Shown here: piece by piece, positions 15,273-26,798 of the stretch
Layout: the number at the start of each line of letters is the position of its first letter
Position numbering within the stretch: the first letter of the stretch is position 1
Translations under genes and position numbers: made by a program
Notes under the pieces: model-generated
The model's database searches: none
Seen by the model: the letters and a program-made list of their open reading frames with translations, nothing else
What the model was told of the DNA's origin: nothing
Assembly (NCBI GenBank): GCA_030141605.1
Contig: JAQGDQ010000913.1
Coordinates: 1-64,000 of the forward strand
Reading direction: 5' to 3'
DNA from: Tubiluchus corallicola
Lineage: Eukaryota; Animalia; Priapulida
Length of the DNA: 64,000 nucleotides

Positions 15273-17269
15273 AATCTAATCTAATCTCTCTAATTCATTA
15301 GAGATAGTTGCAGTTAATGAAAACATTTTTTATCACTGTCTCTATTGTGTGTAAATGTAATTTATTCATTATCTGAATAAAATGTTTTTAATAATAATTA
15401 ATGATAAAGCCATTAATCTTGATGTAGAAAAGTTCAAATTATTGTAAACAATGGAAAACAGTGCTTGTGTTTTGCATACATAACTGGGCAGTTAATTGAA
15501 AAGAAAAAATTATAAATTACTATTAATTGCTCATTAGTTATAATAGTTTGAAGGCAGTTATTCAAAAATACTTCAAGAGAGAAACAAAAAAATGAGTGAA
15601 TTGGGTCATGAATTTAAAATGACTCCCCTAAGAGTGTTTTCCAAATGTGCAGCAGAAATTGCAACCTACCAAGGTTTACTAGAACTTGACGTCATGTTTC
15701 ATTTGTTCTGTCATGGTTTCCAGTCTTGCCATAATTGAAAATTTTTTTGTAACTCGTTGTCCTAAATGCTGTAATTGTATAGCTTTCTAACTTATTTTAT
15801 TTTCAGTATCTAATTTATTATTAAGAAACATTAACCTATGTTTACTAAACATTTTGTTATTTTTTGCTGTAAATTGTGCAAGTTCTGTGTTTCACGTAAA
15901 GCTGTAATTAAAGCACTTAGAATTTATAACAATATAAAGTTTTGAGATCTTCTTGTTAATTTTTCTAATAAAGCCAACAATTATTTTTCTAAATTAATTC
16001 ATTCATATTTCTTTAATGATTGTGTCACTGCATTTGAAATAAATATTGTTTATTTTTCGTACTGATCTTGCACTTATACGCTGAAAAAATTTTAGTTTAA
16101 ATTGAATTATTTTTACTAACCTGAATGAGTTCAGCGATAAAGAAGAAAAATGACAGCAAAAAATTTATGACTAACAACAAAATATACTCGCACATATTGC
16201 AGACTGCATACCAAACATGTAATTGTGATCAGAATTGCTAACAGAATCTAATTTTATTAATATATAGAATAGAATAGTGACATATTAACGAGTTGTATTA
16301 AATGTATCTATAGTATTTATACGCTGGTATGATGGAAATTTTTTATTTTCAGAAATTTAAATCTTGCAATAAGTATTAAATAATAACAAGCACGATATTA
16401 CACACGTTTAACATTTCAGCCCCGAAGTAAATTCATACTTTAATATGGGTATAATGTATACTAAACATAAATATACGTTATACTTTTATATACTTAAAAG
16501 TATAGATACTACTTCATGTAACAAAAATTCAATTTCATATGCAGGTGAATGGAATCACTGAAAAACGGTTAACCGTTGAGGGCACTAAAATACTTTTGCC
16601 TATGACGTCAAACTATCTGCAGCTGCCCTGACTGTGTACACTTTTACAAAAACTTTTTTCGCTATCCGAGGCGTGCAACAGCATCTGCTTTAACACATAG
16701 AAATCAAAGTGCTAGAGACTCTTACACCCAATGTGATTTCTGACAAAAGAATTTTGATATTGAAAGCCTCTGTGTTTAATGGCTAGTTTTGTTGCAATTT
16801 CTGAAAACAGCATTAACAACGTACGTGTTGTAGTAGCCTTAGTTTTGCCAGTATATTGTAAGCCTAAGTTATCTTTCTTTTACCATAATCTTATTGGTTT
16901 TCTTTTGTCTCTGGCTGTTCATCTTTGTAACTTCATGTCACTAAGCTACTCAGATATTCCTATTCGTTGTTATCTAGGTCCTGCTACATTTTAGAAAAAC
17001 ATGGTCTGCCCCAACTATTGATGTTATGTATTTTTGTCTACCGCCACTGCTCACGATGCCTCGTCACTCATCTTTTTGCCGCATATACGTCAGTAGCTGA
17101 CCTCCTCTAGGGTATTTTGTCGTTTCAAAAGTTTTTCTTAGTGCTCTAGGAAGGAGAGATTATTCACTATTCTCGTAACGTCTTGGCAACATTTGTAACT
17201 TTGTTAGAAACTTTATAGAACATTTAACATAAATCTTTCTTGCTTATTAATCTGTTTATTCACAAAGAC

Positions 17270-19177
17270 TGCTGCCATGATAAGTCTAGAGAATGTAACG
17301 CCTCGTGGCTTGCCCGCTAAAAACAGTGAGGGGAAACCTTAGTGAGCACAAACAATAAAATATAAACCATAGATAAGAACACGTCACAATTTTTATGTAT
17401 TCTTTATGTATGTCCGATCTAACGAACAAAATCTTCTTACTTGTATTTGTTTACTGCAAGGATTCTTCTTCACCACATCATAACGATCATCAATGGATAT
17501 TCTCCTACTTGTGTCATGGCGACGGTTACCATAGTACTATTACAAACGTGTTGCTATGTTTTACTTTAGTGTTATTTACTTCTATGAGTAGTCTTGGCGG
17601 AACAGGTGAAGATGGTTGAATATTTTACTTGCCAATTTATATTGTGGGCCACTTATTTGGAAGCTGTTGGGCAGAAGTGAAAATAGTTAGCTGTTCTAAC
17701 CGCCACTTTATTGAGTACAGAACTGCCATTAGTGGCGCCTACAAGGTAACTGGTAATCAATCTTAAGAATTTTGATGTTGTTTAACTGTGGAACGGACCA
17801 GCTTGAGCATCACACTTTGTTTGTTCTATATTTTCTCGCCCTAACAGACTTTTAGTTTTGAATATGTTGTCACTAGAGGGGAGAAACATTCATTGTGACT
17901 TAAAAATGGGCTATAAAATTAATCATCCAGAAAACGACTTTTTATTGTTATTATTATTTAGGCAAAAATGAATTTTTGGAAGGAGTTTACAATTCCCCGT
18001 GCAATTTAAACACACTAACCGTAATCCTAATCCGCTTCACTTACTAACTTCTTGTGTGTGAGGAATTGTAAACTTTAGGTGAAGTTTCACATGTGCTCCC
18101 AGAATTGCCAGGGGTTGTTGTCACAATGTTCTTGTAGATCTAAATTGTTGGTTGCTCAACATTCGTTTGCCAGTAGAGTAGGTTACAGGTTACAGCGAGG
18201 CGTTCCTTCGGGCAACGGCTTAACAACGATCACTAGAAACTTTTGATTTCAAGTCGCAGGCGTCTCTCTCATGGTCGGTATCGGGGTGGGGAGTAGAGTT
18301 TGTCTACTACCATCATTGAGCTGCAAGCAAACTAAGAGATGGGGTGGGTTAACCCAAAGCTTCGCACTCTCGACTAGTTATATGATTCATTTTTTTCAGA
18401 AATGTTTTTTCTAGCAAGAACCCGACAGCGTTTACTCTCTACCTCCTTGTTGGGGATGATTCTTTCACGTAAGTCATTCTTAAAATATATCACGTTTCCT
18501 TTCAACATTTTAAAGAGTAGGTTGTTTTGTCCTACAGTTTAAGCTTGGCTCCGGGTCTTCCGTTAAAATTATTGCTGAATGTCAGTATGTTTTTTTTTGC
18601 AAAATAAGGTAAGATGATCATGGAATAGCGTCTGATCTAGTCAAGTTGTTACTGCAAGAACTGTTGACTTCTTTGAAATAAATGAGGTATTACTGCTTAG
18701 AAGAAGATGTTCTTGGCTCACAAGTCCAGAAAAGCTGTACATAATCAAGCCAGTCACTGTGTTTACAGATCCGTTCTATGACAATGGTGTCTATAGTAAA
18801 TAAAGTTCTGATTTTTACCAATTGAAGCTTATGATACATCAGAGTGTCCAGCATCACGAAGCGAGAAAGTAATGCAAGTATTTTCAACGGGTGATGAAAC
18901 CAAAGATTTTTGCTGCGGACATTGGAAACCTTTCCTATTTTTTAGTGTCTGACACCCATCGTCAACCAGCCAATGATGACTAGGCTTGCAAATTACTATA
19001 CGAATAAATAATGCTAAAAAGAAAGCATTGCGTTTAATACCATCCATTTTGTTTTTCTGTGGAGAACATAGAATTTGGACGCCAGGCGCTTTGTTTAATT
19101 ATTACCAAAGTCAATGTCACGTGCTGGACACTGGAAGCAAGCAGCCATATATTGAACGATTTGTGAACCAGCTTTAG
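17270..19177 (+). pseudogene. Degraded RNA-virus RNA-dependent RNA polymerase-like sequence (candidate endogenous viral element)
   Basis: Collinear + strand motifs: YRLQRGVPSGNGLTTITRN (motif B, ~18184-18240), LYLLVGDDSF (motif C, GDD at 18452-18460), FFEINEVLLLRRRCSW (motif E-like, ~18669-18716). Weaker motif A/F/G candidates upstream. Many stops and frameshifts. Confidence 0.5.
17984..18074. mobile_element. Small MITE-like element with 13-bp TIR and telomere-like core
   Basis: AGTTTACAATTCC ... GGAATTGTAAACT flanking CTAACCGTAATCCTAATCC; a related right end occurs at ~20220-20275. Confidence 0.6.
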
Positions 19178-19364
19178 GTAGTAAAAATCTGAATTTTTCT
19201 AATAATAAATGCAATTTACTTAAATGGGATTGTAGCAATGGAATAAGTGACCCACTCATTGTGAACTAAAAAACTTGTTTCGTATCATCAATCTAAATCG
19301 ACGCAAACAAATAAAATAAGTAAATAAAGTAAATAAACAAAGTAAACAACATAACTTGTTTCAG

Positions 19365-22300
19365 TTGAACTTGCCGCAGCAAAACTCAGTGGAGGGGAGG
19401 ATGCATGGATGTCGGAATTGATTGGTGGAAGGGATTTTCCATTTATGGTGCGTGTCTTGACTTTATTAAAAGCAACATTAAGAGCTTTTTTCAATTTTCT
19501 TCTGTATTTTTTCGCTCTTTCACCAATAGCATTCATTTATTTTTGTTTATTATTTTTCACAAACTTCAAAGTGCAAAACACGAGTGACAAGACAGTTTAA
19601 AAAGTGAAATAAAATATTAAATGACTACCACAAAACAGTGCAAATTAAAACAAAGTGATAATAATAATATATGTAGAAGATTACTGTAAAAACGCAAAGA
19701 ACTGAAATAGCTGCTTGCAAGTGTCTGTTAAAAAATAAAAATTTGCTAAAATAAAAATGAATAGCTATTTTTTAAATAATTTTTAGTTGACAGCATTTAC
19801 AGTTGGAGCATCATTCACACATGGCTGTAGTTTATTCCGTAACTGAAGAAATGTTTAAGGCAATTAAGTTCACTTATGATTTCAAATGGTGGACTTTGTA
19901 ATATTTGCAAGTGGTTCAAAGTTCAAAGTTCAAAAAAGTTCAAATTACATTAAATTAAATTAAATCTCTCTTTCTGGATGCAATTGTTTGGATCACCGTA
20001 ACCATGAAGGATGAGTCGTCATGTAAGCCCAGGCAGAGCCACCAGGGAGACACTATTAATTGAACTCTAACCCTAACCTAAACCTAAACCTAATCCTAAT
20101 CTTGATCCTAACCCTAACCTAAACCTAAACCTAATCCTAATCTTGATCCTAACCCTAACCTAAACCTAAACCTAATCCTAATCTTGATCTTAACCTTAAC
20201 CCTAACCTTAGAGTCCTAACCCTAATCACAATCTGTTTCACCAACTAATTTCTTGCGTGTGGAGAATTGTAAACTTTAGCTCAGAAATAGTATACAAAAA
20301 TTCTACTGGTATATGTATATATATATATAAGATACGAGGCTACAGCTTATTTTTCGAATTAGGAACGGTGGCCAAAAACCTCCAGAAAAGGCTTTTTTCG
20401 GCCGTTTTTTGCAAAACTCATGCGTCTGAGATCTGGAGAACGGGAACCGGAAATGGATGGCGCTGGCTATGGATAGACAGCCCATTCAGGGGTGAGTGTA
20501 GCAGGTATATTTAGAATTCGCGAGAGGGCCACGGCATCCCGTAACTGCCGTTTTCCCCGGACCCAAGCCGACCGGCTACAGCCTGCAGAAAAAACGTTCT
20601 AGCGGCGCCTGGTGGGACTCTCGAGAGGAGATATATGGATCTTTAGAAAGAGGAGGAACAGGGCTACACGATGATGTGGGATATATTTTATGACACGTCC
20701 AACAAAAGGAGTGACGACGAGTTAATTAGATGTTCTATTTTTGGCAATTTTTGCTTAGAAAACAGCTGACGCAAAGCCATTGTTCTGACGTCATCCATTA
20801 TACTCTGCCTACAACTTTAATTCAGTAAAACCTGCTGCTGCTGGCTTTGCGTTAGGTAAGTAAACAAACACTGGGTAGGATGTTCGCGTATTTTTGATTA
20901 TGAGTGTACTTATACGCAAATTTTTTTGCGGGCAATTGGTAGTTTTCTGTTAATGTTATTAACTATTTCTGTTTCACTGTTTTTTCTTAAGGCTGGATAT
21001 GTCATTCCCGGCAAAGGATTTTGTGGAGGTTTCCTAATTGATCACGTTCATATAGTAACAGCAGCTCATTGTCTTCATGAGTATGTAGTCAATTTTGATT
21101 ATTTTGTGCGTGTGCGTGCGTTCATGCGTGTACATGTGTACACGTGTACACGTGCAGCTCATTGTCTTCATGAGTATGTAGTCAATTCTGATTATTTTGT
21201 GCGTGTGCGTGCGTTCATGCGTGTACATGTGTACACGTGTGCACGTGCAGCTCATTGTCTTCATGAGTATGTAGTTAATTCTGATTATTTTGTGCATGTG
21301 TGTGCGTTTATGCGTGTACATGTGTACACGTGCAGCTCATTGTCTTCATGAGTATGTAGTCAATTCTGATTATTTTGTGCATGTGTGTGCGTTTATGCGT
21401 GTACATGTGCGCGTGTAAGTGTGAGCGTGCATGTGCATGTATGCGTGAGAGAGTGAATGCGTGTTTGTGTATATTTTACTGCGCTGAAAAGACTTTTAAA
21501 TCAAAACACGATATAATTGCCCTAAATGTCAAAAACTTAAGGTCTACAAGATACACTAACAATAATTATATATCACTGTTTTGCAGGGCACCTGAAGCAG
21601 GACCACACATGAAAGTTTTTCTGGGAAGCAGCACATTGTACGAGTCGGATGTAGACCGCTGGGTATGTGTTATTTCTTGTAAGCATTCATTGAATAATGC
21701 AAAGGGTCTTGAACATCGTTAATTTGTTTTTGTAACCTGAATTTTTGAAACCAGATGGCGGTAGAATTGTTCATAATGAAACCGTGAGATTTGTTGTTCA
21801 AGAAAAATGCAATTAGGTATGATCTATAACAGTACTCTTGCAATTCTGAATTCCAAAAATGCAATCTGACCTTAAAGTTGCAGTTGTGAGGAGTTATTTT
21901 AGATGTGATGAAAAAATATTCATTAAAATGAAGACCTTGACAAAGTCTCACTACACAATAGCGACAGCAAATTCACAAATGTGAACAGTTGTACGAGTTA
22001 CTGTCGGTAAGATTATTGCAAACAACATTTCCTGTGTGGTTAGGCTTACTGTCTAGTGTGACTGCCTTGGCGAGTTACTCTTCAATGCTTCTCGCAATGA
22101 ATAATGAAATGAGTGTCAGCTCATACTTACACTCTAGTGTGACTGCCTTGGTGAGTTACTCTTCAACATTTTTCGCAAAGAATAATGAAATGATCGTCAG
22201 CTCGTACTTACAGTCTAGTGTGACTGCCTTGGCGAGTTACTCTTCTACAATTCTCGCAATGAATAATGAAATGAGTGTCAGCTCGTGCCTACTGTCTAGT

Positions 22301-25300
22301 GTGAACACCTCAGTGAGTTACTCTTCAACACTTCTCGCAATGAATAATGTAGTCAGGGTCAACTCGTGCGTACTGTCAAAAAGTAACTCGCAGCAAGTTT
22401 TGTTTCTAGTCTGAACAAGTTTGTGAATTACTAGACGTAAAAGACTCGCGCGAGTGAACGCCCCGTTAGTTTGCTTAAACTGTTTTTGTAAGTTTCTATT
22501 GCTATTTTTTAGATTTTCTGGTACGGCACACATCGCGATTTTAATTTCAAAGGTAATCCATGGGAATACAACGATATTGCACTTTTGCGAATGAACGAAC
22601 CTGTTGTATTCACTGATGATATTCAACGTGCAAAGTTACCTGTTTGTGTCAAGAATTACCTTAATGAAGAAGTTACACTTGTTGGATGGGGAAACGATCT
22701 GTTTAGTGGTAGGCAAAATAACCCGTATGCATTTTATGAATTTTTTTCATAATTAAAAAGTACTTGAGTAGAAGCAGAAAGTAACGGGCAATACAAGGTT
22801 TTCTTCAGCACAAGAATGTATTAACTAGCAATAAATTAAATCTTAAAGTAAGACTTCGATTATTTAATGCTTACGTTAGCAGCATGTTTATGCAGAAAAG
22901 CAAAATTTTGTGTTTAATGATTACTCAAGGAAAGCAGATTGACAGGTTTTATAGAAGTCTCCTAAGGAAAGTTTTAAAGATAAGATGGCCATACGTAATC
23001 AAAAATGAAAATTTATACATCAGAACGAAAGAAATTTCTTGGAGTTCAAAAGTCAAGATCCGAAAATTATGATGGCTAGGACATTTTCTAAGAAGTGAAG
23101 GACCAGTAAAAACACCTTTAAAGAAATCCTTAAAAACCTTGTAAAAAACACCTGGCAAACTTTGTTAAGATAAATAAATACGTTCAACAACATCAACCAA
23201 ATCTATCACTAAGAACTTAAGCTATTAACTGCAGATAGAAGTGGGTGGAGTACTCTGATAAATGTTGATACCTGAATAGCTACAATAGATGAGATTTTGA
23301 AGAAAAAAAAGAACTTGAGCAAATTCATGAAGTTATATTCAGCGAATACAGTTTTCAGGACTTAGTAATGATTAGGATAATTTTTATGGGGGAAATGTGA
23401 AAGTTATTTGTGAAGTTGAAATGGAACACTTGTAGAAAACAACTAAACACTAGATTGCATGTTTGCACAAAAACTGAAACACTTTTATTGCACTAAAAAC
23501 ACAGTAAAATGCACAAGTAAAATGAAGATAATAAGTTGCACAGCACTGAGTGTGTGACAGAGAGACAATGTGTCCCATGAGTTGTACGACTGCACTGCCT
23601 GAGACAGAGAGTGACTAGCAGTGAAATCTAGCCAGTTTATATAGATGGAGAACTATGCAAGTACTTGGCTTCACATATCCCATTACAGTAAAAATAGGGG
23701 AGATACAGTGAGTTTGAATATTCACTGGACCGTACAATTGTGATGAGGGGTGAATTGAACTAGTAAATGTTAAAGTAACTAATCAATAGATGGCAGCACC
23801 TAAATATACAGTTACAACTTTCACAGGAAATAATACAGCTTTCTTTCGCAGTTTTATGTGCCTACCTCACGTTATGCGACATGCATTTGTCCTTCAGAAC
23901 TGTAAACATTTGCTGCATTTTGCATGGGTCTTGGAAAACTGCTCTCACTAAGCAGTGATTACGTCAGATTTGATAATTTTTGTATGTTTCTACTCCTCAC
24001 ACGATGGATGTTCGTCCAAAATTATATGTGAAATGCACTTGATAACCTTAGACTAATTAATAATTGACTTTTGACGAAAAAAAAATAGATAACTTTTAGT
24101 AACTGAAGTGCTTCAGAAAATTTCAACCATCCAGACACAACACTCTGGCGCACTTTAGCTTCAAGTCTGCTCTATTTTTAATGAGAAATTCCTTCTAAAA
24201 GACAGAATGACCTTAATTTCTCATTGGATGATCGGTTGGTTATTCCTGGGGCTCTCTGTGTAAAGCAAAGTGTTCTCAATGACAGTAGCAAACAGGGAAT
24301 CAATAAAATAGTGTGTTCGATCACGCATGTGTAAGCCAGACCAAGCTACTCAACACGCTAAGTTGTAGAGCCTGAAAAGCACGTGTTTTTTTACTTTTAT
24401 CCAATTAAGTCGCATATAAATGTTTATAATTTTCAGATTGATGTTATTTTTGCGAATTTTAAAACAAAAAGATCACAATTTCTCACGATTGCACATTTTG
24501 CTTGCAAAATTAGTTACAGTTTACCATGGTTTTACATTTTGCTTGTAAAATCAGATACTGATTATCAAGATTGCACATTGTGCTTTTAAAATCAGTTGCA
24601 GTTGATCATGATGGCACATTTTGCTTGTAAAATCAACTACAGTTTATCATGATTGCAAATTTTGCTTGTAAAATCAGCTTCATTTTATCATGATTGCAAA
24701 TTTTGCTTGTAAAACCAGCTACAGTTTATTGCGATTGCACATTGTGCTTGTAAAATCAGTTACAGTTTATTATGGTTGCACATTTTGCTTGTAAAATCAA
24801 CTATAGTTTATCATGATTGCACATTTTGCTTGTAAAAACAGCTACAGCATATCATGATTTTATATTTTTCTGACAGCTTTGACATTTCAGACAACCCAAC
24901 ACAACTACAACCGGAGTTGAAAAAGGCAACTTTTAGAGTTATTGATCAAGGTGATTGCCGGTTCTACAACAAATCTCTCACAATCTGTCTACATAATTTT
25001 GGACGCTATGGTGGCTTAGTAAGTATAAGTCGCATGCACAATGTCCTTCCAACCTAATCTATATAATCAAGATGGTTGGTGTATAGGCACTGTGGGACTG
25101 CAGCACCCCCTGTCTCTCCCATTTTTAATCGATATTATCGATACGTTCAATATAATGAGTCTTTTTTCTTAAATTCTTTCTTTGTACTTGTACATTATAA
25201 AATCCTTAAGCTTGATGTCCGTAGCCATTCCCTAGTTCATGAAATATTACAAAAGTCCTTTTATTGAAGTTTGCCTTGCAGTTCCGGGTATTAAAACAAT

Positions 25301-26798
25301 GGTTAAAAACTTTCCAAAGCAGCAACCCACCAATTAAGCTACGAACCGCCACTGTAATCAAACGATGAAGGCGAATAATTATCTGCGTGGCTGGATGTGA
25401 TGCTTCGTAGAAACCAGTATGATTCCATTAAGGTTTCATTTTGATGCCATTTTGGTAAACCAAGACAATATGGTATTCGGAATGGCATCTAAAATAGAAA
25501 TAGTAATTTATGTAGAACAATTTCGTTCAAATTGTAGAAATCCAACATGTTTTCTTAAGGGTTTTCCAAGGTTCAGCGTACGAATATCAACAACAGCTTA
25601 GCTAGCTATTCCTATATAGCAGCTCACTATATATATCTAAAAAACATAAGTAAGAGATCTAGGTCACTTTGTTATCTCATCGTTGGTATTATACAAAGAT
25701 ACCTGTTCTCCCACAAGCATGAGCATAATATATAGGTCAGCCATAGACAGCTGTTAGAGAACGGTACTGTGAAAGAAGCATAAACTTTCAATCACTTATA
25801 TGAAACTGGGTGTAATAATCACTCATAACAGCACATATTGGGGTGCGATTTAGCGTCAACCACAAAGATTTGAAATTTCGAAGAGCAAAATGAAGTAACG
25901 TCGACTGACAAACGAGATCTTCACTGAATACTCACCAAACAGAGCCTATCCGTTCGTTGTTTCTATTCACAAGACCTAAACAAATCGTATCAACAACAAC
26001 GACAACAAAAAAAAACAATAGCAGCAATAACAACAACAACAACAACCACAACAACAGCAACGAAAAAGCAGCAACCGTGACAGCAGCAACAATAACACCA
26101 CCAGCAACAACAACAACAACAATGAAAAAACAGCAACAGCAGCAGCAGCAACAACAACAACAGCAACAACAACAACAACGAAAAAACAGCAACCGTGACA
26201 GCAGCAACAACAACAGCAGCAGCAGCAACAACAACAACAACAACAACGAAAAAACAGCAACAGCAGCAACAACAACAACAATGAAAAAACAGCAACCGTG
26301 ACAGCAGCAACAACAGCAGCAGCAGCAACAACAACAGCAACAGCGCCAACAGCAGCAGCAACAACAATATCAATTACTAGTATGCAACATGTCTTGAGAT
26401 ATAAAATGTTTGAACATGAAATGCTTGAACATTTCAAACATTAGATGCCATAATTCATAAATACATTAAGTGCTTAACGAAGCGTTTAAATTTGTTTTTA
26501 GGGTGATTCTGGCGGACCTATGATATTGGACAGAACAAATGAAGTGATTGGAATTTACTCAGCCACAACTAAAGAGGCAAGATACGAATCTCCGTTTTGT
26601 GGTTATAATCAAAATTCAATAGTTGTGGCGGGGAGAGTCCTACATTACTTGAACTGGATTGAAAACATGAAAGCTATTTCTCAGGCTGCATATGAAATTG
26701 AATATGATGCTGTCATTGCAGGCACAACCTCAATGCATGATTCTACAGGAATAATTTTAATTACTACACTCCACATAGTGTCATTATCGAAATTATAA
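19365..26798 (+). CDS. S1 family serine protease with intact His/Asp/Ser triad; multi-exon, signal exon not located
   Basis: Exons 19365-19447 (ELAAAKLSGGEDAWMSELIGGRDFPFM), 20992-21080 (AGYVIPGKGFCGGFLIDHVHIVTAAHCLH), 21587-21662 (APEAGPHMKVFLGSSTLYESDVDRW), 22513-22708 (...NDIALLRMNEPV...LPVC...LVGWG), 24891-25018 (...GDC...ICLHNFGRYGGL), 26502-26798 (GDSGGPM...stop). All GT-AG with compatible phases. Confidence 0.92.
20067..20275. repeat. Interstitial telomere-like (CCTAAC/CCTAAA/CCTAAT)n array ending in the MITE-type terminus
   Basis: Degenerate CCCTAA units organised as ~3 higher-order copies, followed by GGAGAATTGTAAACT. Confidence 0.8.
20310..20935 (+). mobile_element. Interspersed non-autonomous element (Helitron-like 5' end), copy 1
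   Basis: Starts TATATATATATAAGATACGAGGCTACAGCT; 20740-20935 is homologous in inverted orientation to ~44435-44640. Confidence 0.5.
21061..21410 (+). repeat. Minisatellite (93,93,85 bp periods) duplicating the exon end with AAHC and the splice donor
   Basis: GCAGCTCATTGTCTTCATGA|GTATGT occurs at 21061, 21154, 21247 and 21332. Confidence 0.95.
22045..22378. repeat. Intronic minisatellite, 81-bp period, 4 copies
   Basis: TCTAGTGTGA at 22052, 22133, 22214 and 22295. Confidence 0.93.
22790..23275 (+). mobile_element. Degenerate RTE-like LINE ORF2 3' fragment
   Basis: KVRLRLFNAYVSSMF...FYRSLLRKVLKIRWPYVIKNENLY...RKL*WLGHFLR...DRSGW is the typical RTE-clade post-RT region. Confidence 0.75.
23396..23825 (-). 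mobile_element. Solo LTR (430 bp) with 5-bp target-site duplication
   Basis: TGTGAAAGTT...AACTTTCACA 10-bp inverted termini, GGAAA direct repeats at 23391-23395 and 23826-23830, minus-strand AATAAA. Confidence 0.88.
24485..24860. repeat. Intronic minisatellite, ~41-42-bp unit, ~9 copies
   Basis: Repeated GATTGCACATTTTGCTTGTAAAATCAGYTACAGTTTATCAT, ending just before the 24891 exon acceptor. Confidence 0.92.
25990..26370. repeat. Compound (CAA/CAG)n microsatellite with a recurring AAAAACAGCAACCGTGACAGCAG unit
   Basis: Visible run; intronic. Confidence 0.93.

Noticed and set aside
18690-19000. CUB-domain-like upstream exons of protease 2
   Set aside because: Needs weak splice sites and contains stops; the collinear RdRp-motif reading explains the region better, though neither is proven.
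20926-21351. ORF-track protein with apparent signal peptide MRAIGSFLLMLL
   Set aside because: The hydrophobic start is the polypyrimidine tract of the intron before exon 20992, and it begins at TTG.
21989-22414. 141-aa repetitive ORF
   Set aside because: Translation of an 81-bp intronic minisatellite.
24485-24860. CRISPR-like regular repeats (also 21061-21410, 22045-22378)
   Set aside because: Head-to-tail units without unique spacers, eukaryotic intronic context, no cas genes.
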